64,000 nt of DNA from an uncultured cyanobacterium (GTDB taxonomy: Bacteria; Cyanobacteriota; Cyanobacteriia; PCC-6307; Cyanobiaceae): assembly GCA_963697335.1 (NCBI GenBank), contig CAVONQ010000018.1:352001-416000 (forward strand), read 5' to 3'. The position numbers and the translations under genes are program-made. The notes beneath the pieces are model-generated. The model was given only the letters and a program-made list of their open reading frames with translations, searched no databases and had not been told where the DNA came from. Positions 11,587 through 21,739 of this stretch are shown piece after piece (positions within the stretch are counted from its first letter, which is position 1; the number at the start of each line of letters is the position of its first letter).

Positions 11587-11597
11587 GCCGGCCTCCG

Positions 11598-12191
11598 ATG
11601 CTCAAGAACGACCGGTGGATCAAGCAGCAGGCGGCCAGCGGCATGCTGGAGCCCTTCCAGGCCACGCTGGTGCGCCACCTCGACCCCGTGCAGGCCAGCG
11701 GTCCGGTGCTCAGCTTCGGCTGCTCCTCCTACGGCTACGACCTGCGCCTCTCGCCCCGGGAGTTCCTCATCTTCCGGCATGTGCCGGGAACGGTGATGAA
11801 TCCGAAGCGCTTCAACCCTGCCAACCTGGAGCCCGCATCCCTGCACGAGGATGAGGATGGTCGTTACTACATACTCCCGGCCCATTCCTATGGCCTCGGG
11901 GTGGCTCTGGAGCGGCTCACGGTGCCGCCCAACATCACCGTGATCTGCCTGGGCAAGAGCACTTACGCCCGCCTGGGCATCATCGTCAACACCACACCGG
12001 CCGAGGCCAGCTGGGAGGGCCACCTCACCCTGGAGTTCAGCAACTCCTCAGGGGCGGATTGCCGCATTTATGCGGATGAGGGAATCTGTCAGCTGCTCTT
12101 CTTTGAGGGCGATCCCTGTGACACCACCTATGGCGACCGGGCCGGCAAGTATCAACACCAGCCGGAACGGGTGACTCTCGCCAGGGTGTGA
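11598..12191 (+). CDS. dcd: dCTP deaminase
   Basis: SFGCSSYGYDLRL, GKSTYARLGII, WEGHLTLE, GKYQHQ. Confidence 0.95.
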   Translation: MLKNDRWIKQQAASGMLEPFQATLVRHLDPVQASGPVLSFGCSSYGYDLRLSPREFLIFRHVPGTVMNPKRFNPANLEPASLHEDEDGRYYILPAHSYGLGVALERLTVPPNITVICLGKSTYARLGIIVNTTPAEASWEGHLTLEFSNSSGADCRIYADEGICQLLFFEGDPCDTTYGDRAGKYQHQPERVTLARV

Positions 12192-12194
12192 TCC

Positions 12195-12989
12195 TCAGGG
12201 TGCCAGACGCGCCTTGTGCAGGCGGCTGCGCTCATACCAGTCGGCGACCTGAGGGGCCCACAGCTGCAGGTGGGGCCAGATCAGATCACAGAGGGCGCGG
12301 ATCTCCTGCTGGGCATCGCGTTTGGCCCGCAGATCGAGAAAGTGCAGCAGGGCCCGCAGGGTGAAACTCACCACGAAATGCTGGCGGTAGTCGAAGGGAA
12401 GGATGCCGCGGGCATGCTCTTCGGCAAAGCCGGCCGCCAGCAGATCGGCGTAGCGTTCGGCTGCCCGGCGGCAGAGGTCCAGGTCGATGGCCCGCTGTTC
12501 GGTGGTGTAGGCATATTTTTTGCCCTGACGGTCGCTGTAGCTGCCGAGCGGGCGCAGGTAGAACACCTCCTCAAGATCAAGCTCGCCGCTGGCAGCCTTG
12601 GTGATGCGATCGCCGGTGTAACGCATCGACTGCACATCAAAACTCACTCCCACGCGGTGGGTGCGGGCCTGCTGCATCACCGAGTGGGGAAACCAGCCCA
12701 CGTTGAGCACGATCTGGGCGTGCTCCAGCGGGCCGTAGTGACCCCGCTCGCCGGCAAGCAAGCGCTTCACGCAGATCTCGCCCGCCTGCTGCTCATCGGG
12801 CCAGGCGGCGCGCTCGGCCGCCACGAAGCCCTCGCTGTAGTCCTGGTGCATGGCGGCATACACGCACAGCTGGGGGCTGGGGGTGGCCGCCAGCAGCTCG
12901 ACGCGAAAGCGCGGGTCCATCACCTCCGCCTCGGGTGACGGGGCCGCTGTGGGTGCGGGCCCGGACGGTGGGGTGGAGGGGGCTGGCAT
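12195..12989 (-). CDS. thyX: FAD-dependent thymidylate synthase (start may be 12921)
   Basis: GHYGPLEH, QQARTHRVGVSFDVQSMRY, AQQEIR. Confidence 0.95.
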   Translation of the reverse strand: MPAPSTPPSGPAPTAAPSPEAEVMDPRFRVELLAATPSPQLCVYAAMHQDYSEGFVAAERAAWPDEQQAGEICVKRLLAGERGHYGPLEHAQIVLNVGWFPHSVMQQARTHRVGVSFDVQSMRYTGDRITKAASGELDLEEVFYLRPLGSYSDRQGKKYAYTTEQRAIDLDLCRRAAERYADLLAAGFAEEHARGILPFDYRQHFVVSFTLRALLHFLDLRAKRDAQQEIRALCDLIWPHLQLWAPQVADWYERSRLHKARLAP

Positions 12990-12997
12990 GGCAGACC

Positions 12998-13570
12998 TCA
13001 GCCGTGGCTGCGCGGGCCTGCCATCGTGCCAGGCGTCGCATCGGTGCCGGCCGGCTGGCCTTCGCCTGTGGCCAGGGGGCTGACCGCCCCCACTCCGGCC
13101 AGGGCCGGCAGCGCTCGCCCCTGGGTGAGGGCCAGGGCCAGGGCCTCGAGTTCCTCGGCGCTGCGGGCCCCGATCGAGCGGCCCACCGGATCGCCGCCCC
13201 CATCGAAGAGCTCCAGCTGGGGGATGCCATTCACCGCATAACGCTCCAGCTCCGGCTGCCAGCGGGGGTTGTCCACGTTCAGGAGCACCAGATCGAGCTC
13301 ACCGCGGTAGTGCCGCTCAAGGCCGTCCATCGCCGGGGCCATGGCGCGGCAGGCCTCGCACCAGTCGGCGTAGAACTCGACCAGGGTGGGGCGTCCGTTG
13401 GCCAGGGCCACGGACAGCTCGGGGGAGCGGCGGGCCAGGGCGTCCAGCGGCGCCTGGGGCTTCAGGCCGCCCCGCAGCCAGAACACCGCCGCTGCCAGCA
13501 CCACGCCGATCAGCACGAGCACCAGGCGCTCGCGCTGGCCGAGGCCCTGGGCCGGTGAAGAGCTGCTCAT
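12998..13570 (-). CDS. txlA: Membrane-anchored thioredoxin-like protein TxlA
   Basis: N-terminal TM, EFYADWCEAC, LNVDNPRW. Confidence 0.8.
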   Translation of the reverse strand: MSSSSPAQGLGQRERLVLVLIGVVLAAAVFWLRGGLKPQAPLDALARRSPELSVALANGRPTLVEFYADWCEACRAMAPAMDGLERHYRGELDLVLLNVDNPRWQPELERYAVNGIPQLELFDGGGDPVGRSIGARSAEELEALALALTQGRALPALAGVGAVSPLATGEGQPAGTDATPGTMAGPRSHG

Positions 13571-13640
13571 CGTGGATAGGGTTGGGGAGATGTGCGCTGC
13601 CTGCGGTGCACTCTGCCAGCCCTGACCCGCCACCGGTTCC

Positions 13641-14054
13641 GTGAAGCGGCGACTCACCCTCCACTTCCCCCGCGAGGCTGTGCACCAGCCGATCACCTAC
13701 CGGCTGGCGGTGGACTTCGATGTGGCGGCCAAGATCCTCCGCGCCCAGATCGCTCCCAACCAGAGCGGCACCATGGTGGTGGAGCTCTCCGGCGACATCG
13801 ACGAACTCGAGGCGGCCGAAGTGTGGCTGGAGAGCCAGGGGCTCGGCCTCAACCGGGCACCCGGGCAGATCGCCGTGGATCGCGACCGCTGCGTGGACTG
13901 CGGCATCTGCTCCAGTGTCTGCCCCAGCGGCGCCCTCGGGTTCAGCGCTCCAGCCTGGAGCCTGCACTTCGATGCCCCCCGCTGCCTGGTCTGTGAGCAG
14001 TGCATCCCCAGCTGTCCGCTGGACGCGATCTCCCTGGTGCTGGACCCGCTGTGA
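13641..14054 (+). CDS. NIL-domain / 2x[4Fe-4S] ferredoxin protein
   Basis: QPITYRL...ILRA NIL region; CVDCGICSSVCP and CLVCEQCIPSCP. Confidence 0.88.
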   Translation: MKRRLTLHFPREAVHQPITYRLAVDFDVAAKILRAQIAPNQSGTMVVELSGDIDELEAAEVWLESQGLGLNRAPGQIAVDRDRCVDCGICSSVCPSGALGFSAPAWSLHFDAPRCLVCEQCIPSCPLDAISLVLDPL

Positions 14055-14560
14055 TCGCCTCGCTGGCTGCGGCGCTGCTGTCGGCCCTGCGCCTGGTGGC
14101 GCTGCCCTTTCGGGCGCCGATGCTGCTGGTGCTGGGGGCGATCTCGGTCTATGAGGGGCTGCACTGGAGCCGGCCCCTGGCCGGCGGAACCCTGCCGCCG
14201 ATCGGCGCCCTCGATGCCGATGCCCTCTCCAGCCTGTTCTGGTCGATCGACTGCCTCCACGCCCTGGTGGTGGTGGTGGTGTGCACGATGCCGGAGCTGC
14301 TGATGCGCCAGCTCTCCAGCCTGATGGCCGCCAGCCGGGTGATGACCCTGGTGGTCACCTTGCTGCTGGTGATCACAGGTGGCCTCTACCTGCTGCACCT
14401 CAATGCCCTGGCCAACATGTTGATCCTCGCCTCAGCCGTGCTGCTGGCCCGGCTCGATCTGGCTCGGGTGCGCGTCGTGCCGCCACCCCAGAACCTGGCC
14501 CTGGCCCTGGGGGCGGTGGTGCTGCTCGGCGCGACGCTGGGCCGCTGGCTGGCGGCTTAG
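14051..14560 (+). CDS. Hypothetical integral membrane protein
   Basis: GTG start overlaps upstream stop; several hydrophobic helices. Confidence 0.65.
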   Translation: MIASLAAALLSALRLVALPFRAPMLLVLGAISVYEGLHWSRPLAGGTLPPIGALDADALSSLFWSIDCLHALVVVVVCTMPELLMRQLSSLMAASRVMTLVVTLLLVITGGLYLLHLNALANMLILASAVLLARLDLARVRVVPPPQNLALALGAVVLLGATLGRWLAA

Positions 14561-14567
14561 GGCACGT

Positions 14568-16637
14568 TCAGGGGCACACCGGCACCCCGTGGCCCTGCAC
14601 GTCCCAGAGATTGCCCAGCACCTTCTTCACGTAGATCCGGGTTTCCGGGAAGGGAATCGCCTCCACCCACAGCTCCGGGATCGTGTCCAGCCGGGGGCCC
14701 AGCCAGTCGGCCACGGCCGTGGGGCCGGCGTTGTAGCTGGCGGCCACCAGCAGCGGATTGTTCTCCCACTGGGTCATCAGCTGGCTCAGGTAGCGCGCCC
14801 CGAGATCAGCGTTGCGCTGGGGGTCTTCCAGGGCCCCAGGGGCAAGGGGGCCAGAGGCCAGCTCGGCGGCGGTCTCGGGCAGCAGCTGCAGCAGGCCCAC
14901 GGCCCCGGCCGCTGAACGCACCGCCGTGCTGAAGCGCGACTCCTGCCGGGCCACCGCCGCCAGCAGGGTCGGCGCCACCCCGGCCTGGCGCCCCGCCCGG
15001 TTGAGTTCGGCGCTGAAGGCGGGTTCGGCCAGGCTCTGAGCCACCTGTTTCACGCTGGGGCACTGGTCGGCGCGCAACTGCAGCTTCGCCTGCTCCAGCT
15101 GGCTCAGCCCGGTCCAGTGGTCACCGACGCCACGGCGCAGGCGCCCCTCGAGCAGCAGGCGCTCCGGTCCCTCCAGGTTCCGATCGGCGCGGTCGTCGCG
15201 CCATTGCTCCCAGGCCTCCAGCTGCTGGCCCAGGCGCCAGAGCTGGTCGAGATCCGCCAGGCCGCTGCCCAGGGGCCGCCATGGGGCTGCGAGCAGCGGT
15301 GGCGCCGTGGCGGGGTCGAGGTCGATGTCGCCGCGGCCGAGGCGCAGGGAGGCTCGCCAGCCGTAGTAGCCGCCGGGATGGCGGGCCAGCAAGGCCGCCC
15401 AGCCCGCCCTGGCTTCGGGACGCTGCCCCTGCTGCCACTGGCTCAGGGCCAGCCAGAACCGACGCCGGGCGTCCACGGGGGCCGGCAGGACCGCCGGATC
15501 GAGGGCACTGGTGCCCAGCAGCACCGCTGCCCCTCGCCAGTCCTCCCGCAGCAGGCGCTCCCGGGCCAGCTGCCACTGCAGCTCCCAGCTGGCAGGATCC
15601 CGAGGCCAGCGCTGCAGCACCGCCACGGCCGAAGAGGTCTGGCCCACCAGCAGGGCGCGGCGGGCCTGCACGGCAGCGCTCTCCTGAAGGGGAGCGGGCA
15701 GCTCCCCCAAACGCTCCAGGCTGGAGCTGCTGGTGCTCTCGGCCAGCAATGTCGCGGCCTGGCTGGCGGCGGGGCTGGTGGGGTGCTGCTGGGCCAGCGC
15801 CAGCAACAGGGCTTCGCCCTGGTCCCGGCTGTCAGGGTTGCGAATCAGCAGCCGCCCCTTCTCAAGCTGGGTGGCCGGGCTGCCTGCCTTGCCGTCGAGA
15901 CAGCGCTCGGCCGCCTCCAGGTTGCCCAGGCTCACCAGGCTCCGTGCCAGCAGATCCCTGTCCTGGCCGCTGAGGCTGGCCTGGCTGGGCTTGCCTTTCC
16001 GCTCCGGGTCGCAGGCGGAGGCGAGCACCGGGTCAGCGCCGGGCCAGCGGGCTCCCCAACGGGCCAGGTGCACGGCTCCCGCGGGCCCGGACTCCAGGGC
16101 GGCGGCCAGGGCGGCCGGGTGGGCCGGGAAGCGGCTGAGCAGGCGCTGGCGCAGGGCCGGCTGGTCCCGACCCAGGATGTAGAGGGCATCGGCGCTGGCT
16201 GGATGGCTGGGAAAGCGCGTCAGCAGCTGCTGCCACAGCCGGCCACTGCCGGCCTGGTCGCCCGTGCGGTTGGCGCTCTGGGCGGCCCGCTTGAGCACCA
16301 CGGCCGCGAGGGGATCGCGGCCCCAGCCCTGGTTGCGTAGCAGCCTGGCGATCTGTTGCGGGTCGCCGGCCTGTCCGTCTCCGGGCGGGTTGGCGCCGGC
16401 GTGCCCTGCCTGGCCGCCGCGGTCGGCCTCGTGGCGCGCCTCCTCAGCGGCCACCTGCAGCAGGGCCGCCTGGCGGCGCCTGGCAGGGTCAGGCTCGAAC
16501 CGCCGCTGGGCCTCCAGGGCCGCCGCCGGGGTGAGGGGATCGGGCCAGGGCCGCTGCTGCAACAGCTGACGGCCGAGCACCAGGGCTGCGCCGCTGCCCA
16601 GACAGGTCAGCGTGAGCAGCAGAGCGAGGGATCGCAA
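14568..16637 (-). CDS. Soluble lytic transglycosylase (Slt family) with TPR-like N-terminus
   Basis: AVARQESRF, AVGLLQLLPETA, ASYNAGP, IPFPETRIYVKKV. Confidence 0.9.
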   Translation of the reverse strand: MRSLALLLTLTCLGSGAALVLGRQLLQQRPWPDPLTPAAALEAQRRFEPDPARRRQAALLQVAAEEARHEADRGGQAGHAGANPPGDGQAGDPQQIARLLRNQGWGRDPLAAVVLKRAAQSANRTGDQAGSGRLWQQLLTRFPSHPASADALYILGRDQPALRQRLLSRFPAHPAALAAALESGPAGAVHLARWGARWPGADPVLASACDPERKGKPSQASLSGQDRDLLARSLVSLGNLEAAERCLDGKAGSPATQLEKGRLLIRNPDSRDQGEALLLALAQQHPTSPAASQAATLLAESTSSSSLERLGELPAPLQESAAVQARRALLVGQTSSAVAVLQRWPRDPASWELQWQLARERLLREDWRGAAVLLGTSALDPAVLPAPVDARRRFWLALSQWQQGQRPEARAGWAALLARHPGGYYGWRASLRLGRGDIDLDPATAPPLLAAPWRPLGSGLADLDQLWRLGQQLEAWEQWRDDRADRNLEGPERLLLEGRLRRGVGDHWTGLSQLEQAKLQLRADQCPSVKQVAQSLAEPAFSAELNRAGRQAGVAPTLLAAVARQESRFSTAVRSAAGAVGLLQLLPETAAELASGPLAPGALEDPQRNADLGARYLSQLMTQWENNPLLVAASYNAGPTAVADWLGPRLDTIPELWVEAIPFPETRIYVKKVLGNLWDVQGHGVPVCP

Positions 16638-16651
16638 GAGCGCGGCGGCGA

Positions 16652-16906
16652 ATGCAGGGCATTCTGGAGAGCAGTGATACGTGCGCTCCGGTGCGGTTGC
16701 CTACCCTGCCCCCCCAGCTCACGACCCTGCCGGGGGCGGGCCAGCGGCTCAGAACGCTGCGGGTGTGGGCCCTGGCAGGCGCTGTGCTGCTGCTGCGGCC
16801 CCTCTGGCCCCTCAGCCTGCTGCCTGGCTGGGTGGTGGGGGGGCTGCTGCTCTGGGGCGTGCTGGAGCTGCAGTGCTGGATCTGGTGGCCTAGGCGCTGG
16901 CGCTGA
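16652..16906 (+). CDS. Small hypothetical membrane protein
   Basis: Fills the gap between slt and glmM; Trp/Leu-rich helices ending WWPRRWR. Confidence 0.45.
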   Translation: MQGILESSDTCAPVRLPTLPPQLTTLPGAGQRLRTLRVWALAGAVLLLRPLWPLSLLPGWVVGGLLLWGVLELQCWIWWPRRWR

Positions 16907-16972
16907 GGCGGTTCGGGGGCTGGGAAGCGCCCCAAGGGCTGCACGTAACCTGCGACAAACTGAAGTGTTGCC

Positions 16973-18358
16973 ATGGCCGACACGGCTCCCCATCCGCTGG
17001 GCCAACCCCTTGGCGACGCGGTGGCCGGATTCGGCACGGACGGCATCCGAGGCCATGTCGGCACCCTGGTGACACCGGCCCTGGCCCTGCAGCTGGGCTA
17101 CTGGGCGGGCCAGGTTCTTCCCCCTGAAGGGCCGGTGGTGATCGGCATGGACAGCCGCCAGAGCGGGCCGATGCTCACGGCGGCCCTCACCGCCGGGCTC
17201 ACCGCCGCCGGTCGCAGCGTCTGGCAGCTCGGCCTCTGCCCCACGCCGGCGGTGCCCGGGGTGATCCGCCGGTGCGGCGCCGCCGGGGGCGTGATGGTGT
17301 CCGCCAGCCACAACCCTCCCCACGACAACGGCATCAAGTTGTTTGGGGCCTCGGGCGCCAAGATCAGCGCTGCCCAGCAGAGCGCCATCGAGGCTGGGCT
17401 GGCCGGCGAGGCCCCGGCCGGCTTCAGCGGCACCGGCACCGTCCTGCTGCGGGCCGACCTGATGGCCGACTACCGCCAGAGCCTGCTGGACAGCGTCGAG
17501 GGCCGCCGGCTGGATGGCTGCCGCATCGTGCTCGACCTCTGCCATGGCTCGGCCACCGCCTGTGGCGAGGAGGTGTTTCGGGCCCTGGGCGCAGACGTCA
17601 CCGTGCTGCACGGCGAGCCCGATGGCTCCCGGATCAATGTGGGCTGCGGCAGCACCCAGCTCGAGCCCCTGCGCCAGGCGGTGCTGGCCGAGGGTGCCGC
17701 GATGGGCTTCGGCTTCGATGGCGACGCCGACCGCATGCTTGCCGTCGACGGCCGCGGCCGCATCGTCGACGGCGACCAGATCCTCTACCTGTGGGGCTCG
17801 TCCCTGTTGGGCCATGGCCTGCTGCCCCAGCAGCGGATCGTGGCCACGGTGATGTCCAACCTGGGCTTCGAGAGGGCCTGGCAGGCCAAGGGCGGCGTGC
17901 TGGAGCGCACCCCCGTGGGGGATCAGCACGTCCACCGGGCGATGGAGGAGCTCGGGGCAGGGCTCGGCGGTGAGCAGTCCGGCCACATCCTCTCGGCCCG
18001 CCACGGCATGAGCGGCGATGGCCTGCTCACCGCCCTGCAGGTGGCCACCCTGCTGCACGGCGAGGGCCGCAGCCTGGCCGACTGGCTCGACGTCAGTTTC
18101 CAGCCCTATCCGCAGCTGTTGGTGAATGTGACCGTGCCGGATCGCCGCAGCCGCCAGCAGTGGCAGCTGTGTGAACCGCTGCGCCAGGCCGTGGAGCAGG
18201 CCGAGAGTGCCATGCAGGGTCAGGGCCGGGTGCTGGTGCGCGCCAGCGGCACCGAGCCCCTGCTCAGGGTGATGGTGGAGGCCTCCGAGCCGGCCGCGGT
18301 GGCCCATTGGGCCGAGCGGCTGGCGGGCCTAGCCGCCCAGCACCTCAACCCGGTTTAG
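16973..18358 (+). CDS. glmM: Phosphoglucosamine mutase
   Basis: FGTDGIRG, SASHNP, FDGDADR, GGEQSGH, RASGTEP. Confidence 0.95.
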   Translation: MADTAPHPLGQPLGDAVAGFGTDGIRGHVGTLVTPALALQLGYWAGQVLPPEGPVVIGMDSRQSGPMLTAALTAGLTAAGRSVWQLGLCPTPAVPGVIRRCGAAGGVMVSASHNPPHDNGIKLFGASGAKISAAQQSAIEAGLAGEAPAGFSGTGTVLLRADLMADYRQSLLDSVEGRRLDGCRIVLDLCHGSATACGEEVFRALGADVTVLHGEPDGSRINVGCGSTQLEPLRQAVLAEGAAMGFGFDGDADRMLAVDGRGRIVDGDQILYLWGSSLLGHGLLPQQRIVATVMSNLGFERAWQAKGGVLERTPVGDQHVHRAMEELGAGLGGEQSGHILSARHGMSGDGLLTALQVATLLHGEGRSLADWLDVSFQPYPQLLVNVTVPDRRSRQQWQLCEPLRQAVEQAESAMQGQGRVLVRASGTEPLLRVMVEASEPAAVAHWAERLAGLAAQHLNPV

Positions 18359-18421
18359 CCCCCGCTGCCGCCCGCCGGCCAGGCGGCCTGCGGCTTCCGG
18401 CACGGCTCCTGGGTGGCCCGC

Positions 18422-19780
18422 TCAGAGCAGCCGTGAGCCGCTGGCCCGGCGGCATTGCTGCGGATCGAACACGGCAGCGATGGTGCGGATCAACCAGCGG
18501 CCCTGGCTCGTCACCAGCACCCGGCCGCGGCCGCCGCTCTGCTGCAACTCCACCAGACCATCCCGCTCCAGGGCCTGCAGCCGCTGCCATTCGGTGCCGA
18601 AGCGCTGCAGATCCACCTCCACCGCGAAGCAGCACATCACCTGGCGGATCAGGTCACGCCGCTCCAGCACCTCCGGCTCCCGCACCTCCAGACCCCGTTC
18701 CACCGGCAGCCGACCCTGCTCCAGGGCCGCGGCCCACTGCTTGAGATCCCTCAGGTTCTGGGAGAACAGGTGGGGGAACTGGCTGATGGCCGTGGGCCCC
18801 ACCCCCAGCAGCTCCAGTTCGCCGCCGGTGGTGTAGCCCTGGAAATTGCGATGCAGGCGGCCCTGCCGTGCGGCCCTGGCCAGGCTGTCGCCGGCCAGGG
18901 CGTAGTGGTCCATGCCGATCGCCTCGTAGCCGTCGCCGCCGAGCCGCTGCTGGGCGTCTTCCAGCATGGTGATCCGATCGCGGGCCGTGGGCAGATCGGC
19001 CGCGGCAATCTTGCGCTGCAGCGGCAGCTGCTGGGGCAGGTAGGCGAAGGAGAACAGCGAGATGCGATCCGGATGCAGCTCCTGCACGAGATCCAGGGTG
19101 TGGCGGAAGCGCTCTGGCGTCTGCAGCGGCAGGCCGCAGATCAGATCCACATTCACGCTGGCGAAGGCGGCCTCCCGCAGCCAGCCCATCACCCGGCGCA
19201 GCTGTTCCACCGGCACCACCCGGTTCACCGCCTGCTGCACGCGGGGGTCGGCATCCTGGATGCCGAAGCTGAGGCGGTTGAAACCCAGCTGCCGCAGCTG
19301 CAGCACGGCGTCACGGCTGAGGAACTCGGGATTCACCTCGATGGAGGCCTCCAGCTCCGGCTCCAGATCGAAGTGCCGCTCGATCAGGGCCCAGAGCCGG
19401 GCCGTTTCCTGGGGATTGAGGTAGTTGGGCGTGCCGCCCCCCCAGTGCAGCTGGGCCAGCCGTCGCCGCTGGGGCAGCACGGCGCTGATCAGTTCCAGCT
19501 CCCGGGCCAGGGAATTCAGGTAAGGCTCCACCACCTTGGAGCCCAGTTGGGTGGTGACCCGGTTGCAGCCGCAGTACCAGCAGGCATGGCGGCAGAAGGG
19601 CACGTGCACATACAGCGACAGCGGTGCCGCGCTGGGCTGGGCCAGCTGGGCCTTCAGCTCGCCCTCCCCGACAGCGGCGCTGAAGGCCGCTGCCGTGGGG
19701 TAGCTGGTGTAGCGCGGCACGGGCTGGTCGTACTTGAGCAGCAGCTCAACCGGGCTGAGCGGGGAGGCGACGGGTGGCAT
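18422..19780 (-). CDS. hemN: Oxygen-independent coproporphyrinogen III oxidase (radical SAM)
   Basis: PRYTSYPTA, LYVHVPFCRHACWYCGC, HWGGGTP, IGMDHY, LHRNFQGYTT. Confidence 0.93.
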   Translation of the reverse strand: MPPVASPLSPVELLLKYDQPVPRYTSYPTAAAFSAAVGEGELKAQLAQPSAAPLSLYVHVPFCRHACWYCGCNRVTTQLGSKVVEPYLNSLARELELISAVLPQRRRLAQLHWGGGTPNYLNPQETARLWALIERHFDLEPELEASIEVNPEFLSRDAVLQLRQLGFNRLSFGIQDADPRVQQAVNRVVPVEQLRRVMGWLREAAFASVNVDLICGLPLQTPERFRHTLDLVQELHPDRISLFSFAYLPQQLPLQRKIAAADLPTARDRITMLEDAQQRLGGDGYEAIGMDHYALAGDSLARAARQGRLHRNFQGYTTGGELELLGVGPTAISQFPHLFSQNLRDLKQWAAALEQGRLPVERGLEVREPEVLERRDLIRQVMCCFAVEVDLQRFGTEWQRLQALERDGLVELQQSGGRGRVLVTSQGRWLIRTIAAVFDPQQCRRASGSRLL

Positions 19781-19809
19781 CGGGGCAAGGGGTGGGGGTT
19801 GGATGGGGC

Positions 19810-20538
19810 TCAGGCGGGCAGGGGGGTGGGCGCCAGGTCGCCCAGTTCCGCCAGCAGCCGCTGGGTGGCGTGGAAGGCCAGTTCCGCCTCCTCCAGCAGC
19901 TCCTCCTCCTGCTGCGGGTTCAGCGTGAGGGCTTCGATGCCGTCGTGCAGGGCCTGCTTGAGGGAGGGGATGTCGCGCTCAAAGGCCCAGAAGCTCACAT
20001 CGCTGAGCCCATGGCGCTTCAGGATCGCCCTGGCCTGCTGGGCCAGCTGCTGGCCGCCGGAGAGGTCGCCGCCGTAGCGCACATAGACGTGGGCCATCAG
20101 CCGGTGGGGAGCCTGCGCTGCCAGCACCCGCAACTGCTCCAGCCAGATGGCGGCCGCCGCCGAGGGGGGCGTGGCCGGCAGGCGGTTCAGCAGGGCCAGG
20201 TCGTGGGCCAGGGCGGTGGAGCGGGCCAGGGCCGGCCAGGGCAGCTCGGTGGCCCCCAGGGCCGCGGCGAGGGCTGGCGCGTCCTGCTCCAGCAGGGCGT
20301 AGGCGGGGCCCAGGGCCCGCAGCAGGGCGGCCAGGTGCAGGGGATCGGCTTCACCGGCCAGCAGGGCACGCGAGAAGTGCATCCCCTCGGCTTGGTGGTG
20401 GGCCTTGCCGATGCGGGCGTGCAGCCTGCGGACCCGGGGACCGAGCTGTCGGCGCCCCCGGGCGTCCTCAGGGCTGGCGTGGTCGGAAATGGAGGCGGGA
20501 TGGGCGGTGACCATGGCGAATTCGGTAATCAATGGCAT
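19810..20538 (-). CDS. Biliverdin-producing heme oxygenase (HO2-like; start may be 20514)
   Basis: Proximal His in AHHQAE, HVYVRYGGDLSGGQ, EEAELAF; lies between acsF and hemN. Confidence 0.85.
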   Translation of the reverse strand: MPLITEFAMVTAHPASISDHASPEDARGRRQLGPRVRRLHARIGKAHHQAEGMHFSRALLAGEADPLHLAALLRALGPAYALLEQDAPALAAALGATELPWPALARSTALAHDLALLNRLPATPPSAAAAIWLEQLRVLAAQAPHRLMAHVYVRYGGDLSGGQQLAQQARAILKRHGLSDVSFWAFERDIPSLKQALHDGIEALTLNPQQEEELLEEAELAFHATQRLLAELGDLAPTPLPA

Positions 20539-20623
20539 AACAGTAGCGTTTTAACGCCCTATCGCCAGGATGGCGGCGGCGCCTGTTGTCTTGTGTCATG
20601 CGCCGCCTGATGGGCTGGGGTCC

Positions 20624-21655
20624 TCATGCGGGGGCCGACCCTGCGGCCACCATCGGCTGGCAGAACTGGCGCAGCAGCAGCACCGCGAAGCGCCCCTGCA
20701 GCACCAGACGACGCAGCGGCCTGCCCTTGGCCTGGCGCAGCTCCCGAAAGGTGGCCACCAGGCGATCGCGCAGGGCCAGGAACGCGCCCCCCTCCAGGTC
20801 GAACACCACCGGAAAGGCTCGGCGGGCTGTGCGGTTGGTCTGCCGCAGCACCTCGGCGTCGAAGTGGTTGGGATCGAGGCCCAGCAGCCGGTAGAAGTCG
20901 CCGCGTTCACACACGGTGAGGCTGTGGGTGAGAAATACGCTCCAGAGGAAAAAGCGACTCAGCAGGCGGCCGTGCCAGCCGCTGTTCAGCCCTGGCCAGC
21001 AGCGGATCAGCATGTTGAAGATGTCACCGTGGCGGTTCTCGTCCTGACACCAGGGCTCGAAGAAATCAAACAGCGGCGCGAACGAATGCTGCGGATGGAG
21101 CTTGAGGTGCCGATCGATCAGGATGTAACGCCAATAGCCAATCTTCTCGGAGAGGTACACCGAATAGAGCACCCAGTTGAGGGGGAACCAGGTGACCGGC
21201 CGCCTGCCGCCCATGGCCGGCAGGTCGATCTCGATCCCCTCCGCCACCAGGGCCCGGTTGAGAAAGCCGGCGTGGCGGGCCTCATCGCGGGCCATCAGGC
21301 TGAACAGGCGGCTGAGCTCCGGGCGCTGGGCCCGTTGCAGCTGGCGGGAGAGCTCCTTGAACAGCAGGAAGCCGGAGAACTCCGACACGCAGGAGCGCAC
21401 CAGATAGCTCTCATAAGCTGTTTGTTCGGCATCGTTGAGGCCCGAGAGCCGGCCCAGGGGAGCCCGACGATCGAAGTGGTCGCGGTTGTAATCCGTTTCC
21501 ATCTCCTGGAGCATCGCCTCGAACGACGCCCGCTGCTGCTCCAGATCGGTGCGGGCGGCCTTGCCGATCTCGGTGGTGTAGAAGCGCGGCGTCAGCAGGT
21601 CGTCCCGCAGGTGGGGGGCGGGGCCGGCTGCAGCGGTTGCTGGGGCTTTGGTCAT
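20624..21655 (-). CDS. acsF: Mg-protoporphyrin IX monomethyl ester oxidative cyclase (ChlAII/AcsF2-like)
   Basis: LLTPRFYTT, DYNRDHF, EFSGFLL, RDEARHAG, SEKIGYWRY, DENRHGD di-iron motifs. Confidence 0.95.
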   Translation of the reverse strand: MTKAPATAAAGPAPHLRDDLLTPRFYTTEIGKAARTDLEQQRASFEAMLQEMETDYNRDHFDRRAPLGRLSGLNDAEQTAYESYLVRSCVSEFSGFLLFKELSRQLQRAQRPELSRLFSLMARDEARHAGFLNRALVAEGIEIDLPAMGGRRPVTWFPLNWVLYSVYLSEKIGYWRYILIDRHLKLHPQHSFAPLFDFFEPWCQDENRHGDIFNMLIRCWPGLNSGWHGRLLSRFFLWSVFLTHSLTVCERGDFYRLLGLDPNHFDAEVLRQTNRTARRAFPVVFDLEGGAFLALRDRLVATFRELRQAKGRPLRRLVLQGRFAVLLLRQFCQPMVAAGSAPA

Positions 21656-21725
21656 GGCCGAGACGGGAGCAGGGAGAGAGGGGGCGCGGGCAGACAGCGC
21701 CCAGGCACTGGCCACAGCCTATAAC

Positions 21726-21739
21726 GACATCGTGATGTC
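21726..21739. promoter_or_regulatory. Perfect inverted repeat GACATC-GT-GATGTC, candidate operator between divergent acsF and ArsR genes
   Basis: 6-2-6 palindrome in the AT-richer intergenic region, next to a minus-strand TATAGG/TAGGCT -10-like element. Confidence 0.45.
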
